Shown: positions 30,752 to 41,474 of the stretch, piece by piece
How the letters are laid out: each line of letters begins with the position of its first letter
Numbering within the stretch: position 1 is the first letter of the stretch
Assembly (NCBI GenBank): GCA_038143065.1
Contig: JAYQLI010000035.1
Coordinates: 1,728,894 to 1,792,893 of the forward strand
Length of the DNA stretch: 64,000 nt
Origin: Rhodospirillales bacterium
GTDB lineage: Bacteria; Pseudomonadota; Alphaproteobacteria; Bin95
Direction of reading: 5' to 3'
Position numbers and translations under genes: made by a program
Notes under the pieces: generated by a model
The model's input: only the letters and a program-made list of their open reading frames with translations
The model's database searches: none
Told to the model about the DNA's origin: nothing

Positions 30752-31210
30752 TTATTCGACTTCCGCCCAAAACATGAGCATTACGCAAGCATCCAGGGGC
30801 ATATCAGCTATACCCAAGGAGGTTCGAGTGTGGCGACCACGAGGGCCAAACACGTCATTAATCAAGTCAGATGCACCATTAAGAACTTGAGGGTGACCGC
30901 GATACCCGGGCGCACAGTGAACGCAACCTTCAATCCTGACAATTTGTCGTACTTTTTCTAAATCACCCGTCGCAGCTTGCAGCTGTGCAATACCGTTGAG
31001 AGCAGATAGGCGAGCAGCTTGATAACCATCTTCGTCACTAACATTCTCACCCAATCGACCCGGGTAGTGTAAGACGCCTTCAACCCATGCAACCTGACCA
31101 GAAGTCATAACTAAATTGCCTGTGCGTACCCAAGCCTCATAATTTCCAACACCCTTTGGGGCTTCCGGCAGGGAGAGGCCGAGGCGAGCAAGGTTTTCTA
31201 AAGCAGTTAT
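30752..31210 (-). CDS. RidA/YjgF family protein
   Basis: LGLSLPEAPKGVGNY, TSGQ, VLNGASDL..VFG..GRHTRTSLG..P; start codon uncertain (ATA at about 31210). Confidence 0.8.
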   Translation of the reverse strand: MTALENLARLGLSLPEAPKGVGNYEAWVRTGNLVMTSGQVAWVEGVLHYPGRLGENVSDEDGYQAARLSALNGIAQLQAATGDLEKVRQIVRIEGCVHCAPGYRGHPQVLNGASDLINDVFGPRGRHTRTSLGIADMPLDACVMLMFWAEVE

Positions 31211-31346
31211 GATGCTGTGTTTCTTTCTCTGTGCGCAACGGGTGAAGTAAGCTGTCCACTCAAGCCACTTAAGACAATTAATTTTAGCTGGGTGGGCCTA
31301 AAGGGGTAATCGAACAAGTGTTTTGAACCAATAGACAGCGTTCAGT

Positions 31347-32720
31347 TTAATCAATCTTGGGTAAAAGCTCGTCCAAGCTCTTTTTGGCATCGCCATAAAA
31401 CATGCGGGTGTTCTCTTTATAAAAGAGGGGGTTCTCAATGCCGGAGTAGCCTGTACCTTGGCCGCGCTTCGACACGAAAACCTGTTTAGCCTTCCACACC
31501 TCTAGCACTGGCATCCCCGCAATAGGACTATTTGGGTCCTCCTGAGCGGCGGGGTTTACGATATCATTAGACCCAATGACGATGACAACATCTGTTTGAG
31601 GAAAGTCATCATTGATCTCGTCCATTTCTAGCACGATGTCGTAAGGAACTTTAGCTTCGGCGAGAAGCACGTTCATGTGCCCCGGCAGCCGGCCCGCAAC
31701 AGGGTGAATGCCAAAACGAACAGTTTTTCCCTTGGACCGCAATCGTTGAGTAAGCTCTGCAACCGTCTGCTGAGCCTGGGCCACCGCCATACCATATCCA
31801 GGAACGATAATAACTGTATCTGCATCATTAAGTGCTGCACCAACCCCATCAGCATCGATGGCGATCATCTCTCCATCAACTTCCATGGCAGGACCGCTAG
31901 ATGTCCCGAAGCCGCCCAGTATTACTGATAGGAACTTTCGGTTCATCGCTACGCACATGATGTAAGAGAGAATTGCTCCTGAAGAACCAACTAAAGCACC
32001 TGTAACAATTAGGAGGTCGTTTCCTAGAAGGAAGCCAGTGGCCGCAGCTGCCCAACCCGAATAACTGTTCAGCATTGATACGACGACGGGCATGTCCCCA
32101 CCGCCAATGGCCATGACCAAATGGGCACCAATCACCAAAGCAATCAACGTCATCAGATAGAGCGTCCACGATCCGGCGCCCTGGATGTAAAGGATCATCA
32201 GCACAACCGATGCAACGACCATGGATATATTCCAGGCGTGGCGCCCCGGCAGTATCAGTGCCTTGCCGTCAATTTTTCCTGAAAGTTTTCCGTAAGCAAT
32301 GATTGAGCCCGTAAAGGTGATTGCACCAATGAAAACACCAAGAAAAATTTCAACTTCGTGGATGATTTGCTCGGCGTAGGAGGGAAAGTCATGCGCCGTC
32401 ATATCGGAATTGAGACCAATAAGCACTGCAGCAAGACCAACGAAACTGTGCAGTGCCGCTACGAGTTCTGGCATGCCCGTCATCTCAACACGCTGAGCGA
32501 CAATCACGCCTATGATAGCGCCGACGGCGACGGTCAGAACCAAGACTATGTCGATGGTGACGCCGGGTCCAAAAATAGTTGCGAAGAAGGCTACCGCCAT
32601 ACCAATAATGCCAAACCAAACGGCTCTCTTCGCACTTTCTTGGTTTTTCAAGCCGCCAAGGGCAAGAATGAATAAAACAGTTGCGGCGATGTAGGCGGCA
32701 GTTTGGAATTCAAAAGACAT
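31347..32720 (-). CDS. pntB: NAD(P) transhydrogenase beta subunit
   Basis: [52 protein letters not shown]. Confidence 0.97.
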   Translation of the reverse strand: MSFEFQTAAYIAATVLFILALGGLKNQESAKRAVWFGIIGMAVAFFATIFGPGVTIDIVLVLTVAVGAIIGVIVAQRVEMTGMPELVAALHSFVGLAAVLIGLNSDMTAHDFPSYAEQIIHEVEIFLGVFIGAITFTGSIIAYGKLSGKIDGKALILPGRHAWNISMVVASVVLMILYIQGAGSWTLYLMTLIALVIGAHLVMAIGGGDMPVVVSMLNSYSGWAAAATGFLLGNDLLIVTGALVGSSGAILSYIMCVAMNRKFLSVILGGFGTSSGPAMEVDGEMIAIDADGVGAALNDADTVIIVPGYGMAVAQAQQTVAELTQRLRSKGKTVRFGIHPVAGRLPGHMNVLLAEAKVPYDIVLEMDEINDDFPQTDVVIVIGSNDIVNPAAQEDPNSPIAGMPVLEVWKAKQVFVSKRGQGTGYSGIENPLFYKENTRMFYGDAKKSLDELLPKID

Positions 32721-32735
32721 TTTTGCTGCGCCCAA

Positions 32736-34304
32736 TTAAGATTTCTGGAACATCTGCAACATTCGTCGGGTTACCATAAAGCCCCCAACAATGTTGATCG
32801 TGGCGATTAAGACCGAAATACCCGCCAGAATTGTTACAATCGAAAGATCAGCGTCCAACTGCAAAAGAGCGCCAATAATGATGATACCTGAAATTGCGTT
32901 GGTAATTGCCATCAGTGGCGTGTGCAGGGAGTGCGAGACACCCCAAATAACTTGAAATCCAACAAATACAGAAAGCACAAAAACAATAAAATGCTGCATG
33001 AAGGCGGGAGGGGCAAAAAGCCCAATAATGCCCATAAGCACTGCTCCAGCGACAAGAAGCATGACCTGCTGCCTGCCCTTCTTAGCCATAGCGGTTGCCT
33101 CTGCTGCCCTCTTCTCCTCGGCCGTTTGTTCTTTTGGCTTTTCCCTTTTTACTGCCGCAATCGCTTGAACTTTTGGAGGTGGAGGCGGAAAGGTAACGGC
33201 TCCATCGAAAGTGATTGTAGCCCCTCGGATTACATCATCTTCCATGTTGTGAACAATTACGCCGTCCTTTTCAGGGGTCAGATCTGAGATCATATGACGA
33301 ACGTTGTTCGCATAGAGTGAGGACGCCTGCGATGCCATCCTACTGGGAAAGTCAGTGTAACCTATAATTGTGACACCATTCTCCGAGATGAACTTGTCAT
33401 CAGGTACAGTGAGCTCGCAATTGCCGCCGCGCTCTGCTGCAAGATCAACAACGACTGAGCCGGGTTTCATAGCCTCAACCATGTCCGTAAGCCAAAGTTT
33501 TGGCGCATCACTGCCGGGTATAAGGGCCGTCGTAATGATAATATCGACGTCTGGAGCAAGTTCCCTAAACTTGGCTAACTGTTTCTCTCGAAACTCAGGC
33601 GAAGACGGTGCCGCATAACCACCCGTCGCCGCGGAATCCTGGTTTTGTTCAAATTCGAGGAATACGAATTCTGCCCCCATAGATTCAATCTGTTCGGCCA
33701 CCTCTGGGCGAACATCAAAGGCGTAGGTGATTGCACCTAAAGACGTTGAAGTACCAATGGCGGCCAAGCCAGCTACCCCCGCCCCTATGACCAAAACTTT
33801 GGCGGGCGGCACTTTTCCTGCCGCCGTCACCTGGCCCGTGAAAAAGCGGCCAAAGTTATTTCCTGCTTCGATGACTGCCCTATAGCCAGCAATATTAGCC
33901 ATCGATGACAGTGCGTCCATTTTCTGGGCGCGACTAATGCGCGGAACCATGTCCATCGCAATAGCGGCAGCGCCCTGGGCATTGGTCAGTTCAAGTAAGT
34001 CAGCATTCTGGCCTGGATAGAAGAATGAAATTAGGGTTTTATTGCCTGAAAGAAGCTTTATCTCTGTCTCAGTTGGAGGTCTGACTTTGACTACTACCTC
34101 CGCATCATTCCAAAGTTGGCTTTCCTCTGTAACTACAGTGACGCCTGCCTCTTCATAGGCTTTGTCAGAAAAACCTGCCGCCAAACCTGCGCCAGATTGG
34201 ATGAAGCAACTGTGGCCAAGTTTCTGAAGATCCAGTGCAGAAGATGGGGTCATTGCAACCCTATTTTCTCCTGGAAACGTCTCTTTAGGAGCTCCAACCT
34301 TCAA
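32736..34304 (-). CDS. pntA: NAD(P) transhydrogenase alpha subunit
   Basis: PKE..PGENRVA, PRISRAQKMDALSS, GAGVAGLAA, LHTPLMAITNAISG. Confidence 0.97.
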   Translation of the reverse strand: MKVGAPKETFPGENRVAMTPSSALDLQKLGHSCFIQSGAGLAAGFSDKAYEEAGVTVVTEESQLWNDAEVVVKVRPPTETEIKLLSGNKTLISFFYPGQNADLLELTNAQGAAAIAMDMVPRISRAQKMDALSSMANIAGYRAVIEAGNNFGRFFTGQVTAAGKVPPAKVLVIGAGVAGLAAIGTSTSLGAITYAFDVRPEVAEQIESMGAEFVFLEFEQNQDSAATGGYAAPSSPEFREKQLAKFRELAPDVDIIITTALIPGSDAPKLWLTDMVEAMKPGSVVVDLAAERGGNCELTVPDDKFISENGVTIIGYTDFPSRMASQASSLYANNVRHMISDLTPEKDGVIVHNMEDDVIRGATITFDGAVTFPPPPPKVQAIAAVKREKPKEQTAEEKRAAEATAMAKKGRQQVMLLVAGAVLMGIIGLFAPPAFMQHFIVFVLSVFVGFQVIWGVSHSLHTPLMAITNAISGIIIIGALLQLDADLSIVTILAGISVLIATINIVGGFMVTRRMLQMFQKS

Positions 34305-34527
34305 ACGCCGCCCTCCTCAAAAAGCACCTCAGCCATGAAAACTGCCGAAGATACTGCCTTCTGGAAAACCCTTTTGATAATAGACTAACACCTTACTCAT
34401 TTAAATTTCTACTTCTACATTTTGTCATTTTTGAGTGTTCGTTAATAAAAATTTCAAGTGATTATGGCGACGTTTAAACTAAAAATGAGCTAGGCTTCCG
34501 TAACTATTAAAAGTTGGAGGCTATCCA

Positions 34528-35439
34528 TTGGGCACGCACGACTACTTAGACGACCCGCGAAATGCTGAAATTTTAATAGACATTAATGGCGAACATAAAC
34601 GCCGGGCAGAAGCAACTGTCTCCGTTTTCGATTCAGCATTCATGTTGGGGGATGGTGTTTGGGAAGGTATTCGCCTTCACAATGGAGGCTTAGCATTCCT
34701 CGATGCGCACCTTGATCGCCTCTGGGAAGGCGCGAAGACGCTCGATTTTGAACTTGGGCTCTCAAAACAAGAATTAGCCAAACGCATTATGGCCATTTGC
34801 GAAGCAAATGGCATGGAGACGGGGGTTCACATCCGCCTCATGGTTTCTCGCGGATTGAAGTCGACGCCTTACCAGCACCCGCGCGTTACAATTTCGGGGC
34901 CAACAATTGTAATCATTCCTGAGTGGAAGGCGGCGAAGCCTGAGACGGCGACTAAACCTTTGAACCTTCACACAGTTCATATACGCCGCGGCGCGCCTGA
35001 TGTGCAGGATCCGGCACTTAACACACACTCAAAATTGAATTGTATTTTTGCATGTATTCAGGCCGACAAGGCGGGTGCAGATGAAGCCTTAATGCTTGAC
35101 CCTCAAGGGTTCGTAGCCACGTGTAATTCAGTGCACTTCTTTATAGTCCGGAAAGGCGAAGTTTGGACGTCCTCCGGGGATTATTGTTTGGATGGAATAA
35201 CTAGAAGAAATGTAATCGATATTGCGAGAGCAAACCAAATCACAGCCCTGGAAAAAAACTTCAGCCTAACTGACGTGTATAACGCTGATGAGGCTTTCGT
35301 AACGGGCACCTTCGCTGGCGTGGCGCCCGTCGGGATCATTGATGGGCGCCAGATTGGTAATGGCAAGAGAGGTCAGATGACCGAGAGACTTCAGAAATTG
35401 TATCTAAATTTGTTAGACCAAAGCGTACTCAAGGCCTAG
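34528..35439 (+). CDS. Class IV PLP aminotransferase (branched-chain/D-amino acid type)
   Basis: SVFDSAFMLGDGVWEG, HLDRL, HSKLN, DEALML, LDGITR, ADEAFVTGT. Confidence 0.88.
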   Translation: MGTHDYLDDPRNAEILIDINGEHKRRAEATVSVFDSAFMLGDGVWEGIRLHNGGLAFLDAHLDRLWEGAKTLDFELGLSKQELAKRIMAICEANGMETGVHIRLMVSRGLKSTPYQHPRVTISGPTIVIIPEWKAAKPETATKPLNLHTVHIRRGAPDVQDPALNTHSKLNCIFACIQADKAGADEALMLDPQGFVATCNSVHFFIVRKGEVWTSSGDYCLDGITRRNVIDIARANQITALEKNFSLTDVYNADEAFVTGTFAGVAPVGIIDGRQIGNGKRGQMTERLQKLYLNLLDQSVLKA

Positions 35440-35499
35440 CCAAGGAAGAAAACAACGCCAGCTCTTAGCTATCTAAGACACAAAATTTCTTTGCTAGAG

Positions 35500-36126
35500 C
35501 TAGAAAGAATGCCTTATTCCGATGAGCCCGCTTGTTGATCGAACCTTAAAAGTGCGAGTTCCGCCTGTAGATACGTCAAGGTCGAAGTCAGCAGTCTGAA
35601 AATACCTAGTCTCTAAGAAGACATTCGTATCTGCAGTGATTTTATAATCAACGCCAAACATGACTTGGTACGCAAAAACCTCTTCATTTGCATCCTGGTT
35701 AGGGTTTGGACCAACAAAGTGGCTCTCCACATTAGCCATCCCAAAGCCAATGCCAGCGTATGGATTTATTTTTTCACCGACGTACGTGCCTAATTTCAGA
35801 ACTGTATTCACCATCCCCGATATGACGTCGGTGTCTCCTGATCCTGGATTACCGTTTGAAATGGAATCTACAGTATTGCGACGATAACCAACCTCTCCTT
35901 CAAAACTAATGAGATCGTTGACTGCAATTCCAACTGCAATGCCGGCTGCACCGCCAAGGTCATAGTTGATCGTCGAAGTTGCTGCTGTACTAGTAGCATC
36001 TTCATCGTAGATATAATTGAGCCCGCCCCACGCAGAGACGTACAGGTCTTTCGCTGCGACTGGAGACGAACAAATGCAAACAAAACTCAAAAAGGTCGAT
36101 AAGACTAGTAGAAGGTTTTTCTTCAT
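35500..36126 (-). CDS. Small outer-membrane beta-barrel protein (OmpA-like/opacity family)
   Basis: Signal peptide, EGEVGYR, PYAGIGFG, FAYQVMFG, terminal F. Confidence 0.8.
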   Translation of the reverse strand: MKKNLLLVLSTFLSFVCICSSPVAAKDLYVSAWGGLNYIYDEDATSTAATSTINYDLGGAAGIAVGIAVNDLISFEGEVGYRRNTVDSISNGNPGSGDTDVISGMVNTVLKLGTYVGEKINPYAGIGFGMANVESHFVGPNPNQDANEEVFAYQVMFGVDYKITADTNVFLETRYFQTADFDLDVSTGGTRTFKVRSTSGLIGIRHSF

Positions 36127-36351
36127 GATTTGTCAGGGCCCTTTTTTTAAAAAGCCACTTATTTATTCCCATAAATATGTTTTTGGCAATTGTCTCTTGA
36201 ACGTCAACTTCAAAGCAGCGCCCTGGGACAAATAACACAAAGGCTTCATCAGCACGCCGTATGTCCGCTGGAAGAGAATGCGAGATACTAAAACTGACCA
36301 TATTTATTGGTGTTGATTATGACACCAACGAGGGGCCACTAACTTTTCTGA

Positions 36352-37438
36352 TTACCCGCGCGCTAACTCTGTCGTGATGTGTTTCACTGATGGTGTAAGA
36401 ATACCCATGAAAAGAGCCTCTCGCTGACGACGATTGCTTTCAGAGCCAATCATATAACCACTAGCCCCAGCCTGGAGTGCTCCTGACTGCGCCGCTGACA
36501 TCGCTAATTCTGCAACCTTAAGACGCGCTCGCAAGACATCCAGAAAAGCCCCTCTGCTAGTGTCGCCTGACGATCCTGCTAATTGTGCGGCAGTCGCCTC
36601 CAATTCAGAGACGCGATCAAGGATCATGTTGGACGTCAAAGGCAGCCATTGTGCATTTCTTGCGGTCGCAACCTGCTTGACCATGTTGTTGGCAACGCCC
36701 CTTGCCAACCCAAGTCCCATTCCGAATTGCAGCAGGACAAAACCCTGCCTTATCTTGGGAATGAATTCGGCGACATTTTCTGAAATAACATCGTCATTGG
36801 GTATGAATGCATCTTTAAGAAGGACCGTGTATGTGCCAGTGCCTTCAAGCGCAATAAATTCAGAACTATTTGAGAGCTTAAGCCCGCTGCATTTGCATTA
36901 ACAATCGACATAACGCGCCTGCCGTCGGACAGTTCGAAAATAGCCGCAAAAATATGGTTAGGTCCTACATTAGATACCCACGGCAACCGACCAGAAACGC
37001 GATATCCGCCAGATACTTTTTCACCTCTAAGAGCTAGCTTTTCTATGCCGGAGAAGGACTTCATGGGATTGGACAGACCTGTCCCCCAAGCTGCTCTCCT
37101 CCTGCAACTAGATCTAGGAGGCGCTTCCGCAGGCCAGTATTTTCACTAGAAGCTAAATACCAAACTAGTGCATCTTGGCACCAAGTGCAGAACCCCGTCG
37201 ACATGCAGACTTCGCTGATTGTGGCCATATCAGCTACAGCGGCCGGTAAGCCCGTAGATGGTGATTGAACTGCATGCCGACTAAAGGCACCAGCCTCCCC
37301 CAATTCCCTAAGGGCACCTTCAGGATAAAGGCCCTCACGGTCGATTTTTCGGACAATCGGGTCGATTGCATCGCTTACAATCGATCTAATTTCTTTGGGG
37401 CCATCATTAACAGGCCTAACAGCGACTGCTACTGACAT
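36352..37438 (-). CDS. Acyl-CoA dehydrogenase-fold flavoprotein, two frameshifts (about 37082 and 36880)
   Basis: IDREGLYP, CMSTGF..WCQ, (GGTGLSNP)MK, GRLPWVSN, LQFGMGLG, GASGY, RRQREALF..ILTPSVKH. Confidence 0.8.
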
Positions 37439-37445
37439 CTTGAGC

Positions 37446-37994
37446 CTACTTAGATGCTATTGAAATTGGAGTAGTATTTTGAAGTGTGTTCAAAACGGGA
37501 GACCATTTTCTTACGTGTTGGATCACTTCGACCACCTCTTCTTCTGTTGCTCCATCTACATCCAGCTTCACATTCATTCGGATTGATGAGAGGCCAGGAT
37601 TTTTAGGCCTTAAATCACCCGTGCCCCACACAGCAGTGATATTAATGTCGCCTTCGAGTTCGACCTCAATTCCTTTAACCGTCCATCCACGAGCAACGGC
37701 ATTCGCCTGCAAGCCAACTGATACGCACGTACCAAGCGCAGCGAGAAGAGCTTCTGGCGGATTGGGTGCAGTATCATCGCCAAGCAGACCAGGTGGTTCA
37801 TCGACAATGTGAGGAGGTAAGTCTCTCACATAATTCAGGTGGCGAAACTTTTTACCTTCAGCAACGGTTCTACACTTTGCCGTGCGGACAACTGTATTGT
37901 CCGCTTTACCTTTTTGACCAAGCGCAGCAAGTGCATCTGCGTCAATCACATCAAATTCAGCAGTCTGTATCTGCTGCGCACTGTTAGTAGTCAT
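37446..37994 (-). CDS. OsmC-like protein
   Basis: VDEPPGLLGDDTAPNPPEALLAALGTC, EGDINITAVWG, WSPV. Confidence 0.85.
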   Translation of the reverse strand: MTTNSAQQIQTAEFDVIDADALAALGQKGKADNTVVRTAKCRTVAEGKKFRHLNYVRDLPPHIVDEPPGLLGDDTAPNPPEALLAALGTCVSVGLQANAVARGWTVKGIEVELEGDINITAVWGTGDLRPKNPGLSSIRMNVKLDVDGATEEEVVEVIQHVRKWSPVLNTLQNTTPISIASK

Positions 37995-38023
37995 TTCAAA
38001 AACTCTCCAAGTATTATCGATTT

Positions 38024-38848
38024 TTAGGAAGCAGGAACCCAGCTCGCCCTTTTGAGCGCGCGGAGCAATACAAAGTCGAGGCCAAAACCAATCAGTCCAA
38101 TTAACAAAATCAGAGCGGCCAGAACGTCGTAGGAAAGAGTGTCTCGAGCATCATTGATGGCATACCCAAGCCCGGAGGTGACACCCAGATATTCGGCAGG
38201 AACAAGAACAATCCAGGCGACTCCAAGAGCCAACCTTATTCCTGTTAAGAGGTCTGGTATAACGGCAGGTAAAATAATCCGATGGATAATGCCAACGGGG
38301 CTACCACCATGACTTCTGCCAACGATTATCCAAGCAGGATCATCTCGTTTAACACCGGCAGCAGTCGAAAAAATGATTGGCCACACGGCGGCAGCCGCGA
38401 TGAGAAATATTATTGCCGTATCCCAGGTAGGGAATGCCAATACTGCTACTGGCATCCATGCTAGAGGCGAAATCATTCGTAAAAATTGAAATGGAACTTG
38501 CACTGATCGTTCCAAAATGGGGTACAACCCGATTGCCAAACCGATAGGCGCGCCAATCAAAAAGGCTGCAAGAAGTCCGCCCCCAACCCTCAGCAAGCTA
38601 GGCCATGCCGCCTCTAGAGCTGCCCCCGAAGATAAAAGGCTTTTTAAGGCAACAAGTGCTGCACCAGGCGCAAAGTCGGCAAACACTGAAAAGCTGGCAG
38701 AGGAAGCCATCGCCTGACATCCAATCTGCCAAACGGCAAACAAGCCAAAGAGGCCGACTAGGGGCGGCGCAAGCCGCCCAAGTGCCAGGCCTCCTGCATA
38801 AAGTGGGGCCAGAACGCCAGTGTCGGTATGTCTGACCAGCTGTTTCAC
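38024..38848 (-). CDS. ABC transporter permease (nitrate/sulfonate/bicarbonate family)
   Basis: LRMISPLAWMP, GIRLALGVAWIVLVPAE.LG..SGLGY.I. Confidence 0.9.
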   Translation of the reverse strand: MKQLVRHTDTGVLAPLYAGGLALGRLAPPLVGLFGLFAVWQIGCQAMASSASFSVFADFAPGAALVALKSLLSSGAALEAAWPSLLRVGGGLLAAFLIGAPIGLAIGLYPILERSVQVPFQFLRMISPLAWMPVAVLAFPTWDTAIIFLIAAAAVWPIIFSTAAGVKRDDPAWIIVGRSHGGSPVGIIHRIILPAVIPDLLTGIRLALGVAWIVLVPAEYLGVTSGLGYAINDARDTLSYDVLAALILLIGLIGFGLDFVLLRALKRASWVPAS

Positions 38849-40089
38849 AGAGTTAACAATTCTTTGCGCTCGAAAGGAGCGGAAGCGTCAACGCTTGGGT
38901 CTAGTGTCCAGCTAGGGTTCTCCTGCAGGGCTTTACGCACAAAGCGGTAATCGACCAAGTCGTTGGCTACAAATTCTGGATCCAAATTGTCCAAGAATGT
39001 TGCATCGCCAGACACCAGCGTCTTTGTCATTGCACCGATGATTAATTTGGTTGCTGACGGATAGGGCCAAGGCTGAAAATCAATGCGTCCATTGCCCCAG
39101 TCTCTATGTTTAATAGCGCCCTGTTGCACGTACTGGTCGCCATAATCGGTCATAGCCTTACGAACAACTGCCGCAGGCATTGGCAGTGCACCACTGCCAT
39201 CCTTTGAGATAAGCTTCGCCACTTCAGACTTATTCTGGCTCGCGAATATCTGCGCCTTCACAATCGCATTGATAACTTTTTGGGTCCACTCAGGCCGCTC
39301 GACGGTGTCTGCTTGATGCGCAGCAACTACACAGCAAGGGTGGTTCTTCCAAATATCCCCCGTAAAGCGCAGCATGCGCGCCTTTACCTTAATCTCACCC
39401 AGTGCATTGAAGGGTTCAGCAACGATGTAACCGTCAATCTTCTTTGCGGCTAGGGCGAGCGGCATTTCAGGTGGGGGTAGGATTTGCAGGGCCACTTCAT
39501 CCTTACCAACTGGACCATTTGTGATCACAGGCTTCAGGCCAACTTCACGAAGTCCGTACTGGAGGACTATGTTGTGCATTGAATACCAGTAGGGAATGGC
39601 AATCCGCGTACCGCCTAAACCAGCCAAGTCCTTAACGCCAGTGTGTTCTCCCACAACTAAGCCAGAGCCATTGGTGTGCGCCCAGGCAAGAATTTTTACT
39701 GGAAATCTGTTGTTGTATCGCATCCAAACTGGGATGGGCTTCAACAAGTGAACAAGATTAAATTTTCTGGCGGCAAAGCCTTCAACCAGTGAAGACCAAG
39801 AGCGAATAAGTACGGGCTTTTCGGAAGCCAATCCTTCTTCTTTAAAAAATCCACCATAGTGGGCAACTAGCAAGGCAGTTGCATCCGTAATTGGAAGATA
39901 CCCAATGCGGACTACCTCATCGCGCTTATCACTTGCCCGTGCTGCTCCCGGGAACCCCATACTCATTGCTGCGGCCGCTAAACCGCCTTTAGCCAACAAA
40001 TCAAGAGTTTCTCGGCGGGTCCAATCGCTTCGAGACCACTCGTACTTCCAAAGATCTTTGATGTCTTTATCGACCATTTTTATTTCCAA
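38845..40089 (-). CDS. ABC substrate-binding protein (NrtA/CmpA-like), Tat signal
   Basis: TRRETL twin-arginine motif, IGYLPITDA, AHTNGS, YIVAEPF, HPCCV. Confidence 0.88.
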   Translation of the reverse strand: MEIKMVDKDIKDLWKYEWSRSDWTRRETLDLLAKGGLAAAAMSMGFPGAARASDKRDEVVRIGYLPITDATALLVAHYGGFFKEEGLASEKPVLIRSWSSLVEGFAARKFNLVHLLKPIPVWMRYNNRFPVKILAWAHTNGSGLVVGEHTGVKDLAGLGGTRIAIPYWYSMHNIVLQYGLREVGLKPVITNGPVGKDEVALQILPPPEMPLALAAKKIDGYIVAEPFNALGEIKVKARMLRFTGDIWKNHPCCVVAAHQADTVERPEWTQKVINAIVKAQIFASQNKSEVAKLISKDGSGALPMPAAVVRKAMTDYGDQYVQQGAIKHRDWGNGRIDFQPWPYPSATKLIIGAMTKTLVSGDATFLDNLDPEFVANDLVDYRFVRKALQENPSWTLDPSVDASAPFERKELLTL

Positions 40090-40118
40090 TCGATTTGGCG
40101 ACGGCTTTGCGGGCCTAA

Positions 40119-40784
40119 TTAAGCTACATTTTCTAACGGGCTGAGGGATTGCACTTCAGCCACAGGTGTAAGAGCTAACTCCCGATGACAAAGGGCACTG
40201 GCATCGGATTTGTCGTGCGTTACAAGGACTACAGTGACGCCCTTCCGCTCACTTACTTGCGCTATGTCATTGCGAAGGGCGGACCGCATCGCAGGGTCGA
40301 GGGCTGAAAAGGGCTCATCAAGGAGAAGAACTTTGGGGTCGTGCGCGAGGGCTCTCGCCAAGGCCACTCTTTGTTGCTGACCGCCAGAAAGCATGTGAGG
40401 CAAAGCATCCTTACGGTCTGCAAGGCCCACCTGCGCCAACAAATCTGAGGCGCGCCCATTTCTCTGCGCCTTCGGAAAACCAGCAAACTTTAGGGCGAGG
40501 CCAACATTTTCCATAGCCGAGGCCCAAGGAAGAAGAGCGGGGCGCTGCTGCATCAGGGCTACTGATGCAGAAGGCCCCGTTACGACAGTATTTCCAACAC
40601 GTACTTCGCCTTTTGATGGCTGTATAAGTCCGGCAATTGTTAGAAGGAGGGAAGACTTCCCAACTCCTGACGGGCCTGTGATTGCTAACCGCTCTCCCCC
40701 CGGAATTCTAAAGCTGAGATCGCTAATGACAGCGCGACGGCCGCGCGACACCTCGAGGTTAGAGATTTCAATTGAGAGAGACAT
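40119..40784 (-). CDS. ABC transporter ATP-binding protein
   Basis: GPSGVGKS, LSGGQQQRVALARAL, LLLDEPFSALD, VTHD. Confidence 0.93.
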   Translation of the reverse strand: MSLSIEISNLEVSRGRRAVISDLSFRIPGGERLAITGPSGVGKSSLLLTIAGLIQPSKGEVRVGNTVVTGPSASVALMQQRPALLPWASAMENVGLALKFAGFPKAQRNGRASDLLAQVGLADRKDALPHMLSGGQQQRVALARALAHDPKVLLLDEPFSALDPAMRSALRNDIAQVSERKGVTVVLVTHDKSDASALCHRELALTPVAEVQSLSPLENVA

Positions 40785-40901
40785 GGAAAACACCAAACAT
40801 AGAACGAATATTAAAATTACCGTGTTTTAATTGAACATAATTCTATTTATTGCTATAATTTCTTTTGTTTTCTGAACAATGTTTTGTTTTTGGATTTAAG
40901 A

Positions 40902-41399
40902 ATGGAAATAATTAAATCAGAAATTCTTGATGAAGGAATAACAATCCCTCTTGATGAAGCAGATTTTGCTCTTCTTCGCATTCTTCAGAAGGATGCCACA
41001 CTTCCACTAGGGCGACTTGCCGATAAAGTTGGCTTATCAAAGACAGCCGTGTGGAACCGCATTCAGCGCTATCACGCCACCGGCGTGATTGATCGCCAAG
41101 TAGTGGTAGTTGATCCTAAGAAAGTAGGTATTTCGGAGACTTTCTTTGTCGCCGTTCGCACGAATAATCACAACGCCAAATGGTTCGCAGAGTTTATAAA
41201 GATAATTTCAAAATTCCCCGAAATCACCGAAGCACACAGGATGGCGGGGCATATTGATTATTTTTTAAAAGTTCAGGTGAAATCCACTAGGGAATTCGAC
41301 TTGTTCTACAAAAGACTAGTGAAGGAAATCGACCTATTTGACGTGAATTCCAGCCTATCAATGGAAGTATTGAAAAATGAGACGGCACTGCCGTTGTAG
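40902..41399 (+). CDS. Lrp/AsnC family regulator (DecR/YbaO-like)
   Basis: LD..D..LL..LQKDA, VGLSKTAVWNRI, HRMAG.IDYFLKV, MEVLK..TALP. Confidence 0.88.
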   Translation: MEIIKSEILDEGITIPLDEADFALLRILQKDATLPLGRLADKVGLSKTAVWNRIQRYHATGVIDRQVVVVDPKKVGISETFFVAVRTNNHNAKWFAEFIKIISKFPEITEAHRMAGHIDYFLKVQVKSTREFDLFYKRLVKEIDLFDVNSSLSMEVLKNETALPL

Positions 41400-41474
41400 C
41401 CTAAATATATAATGCGGCAAAAAACCCTGCAGCCACACCCCATTATCAACTCTCAACTCAAAGTCGGTTAATAA

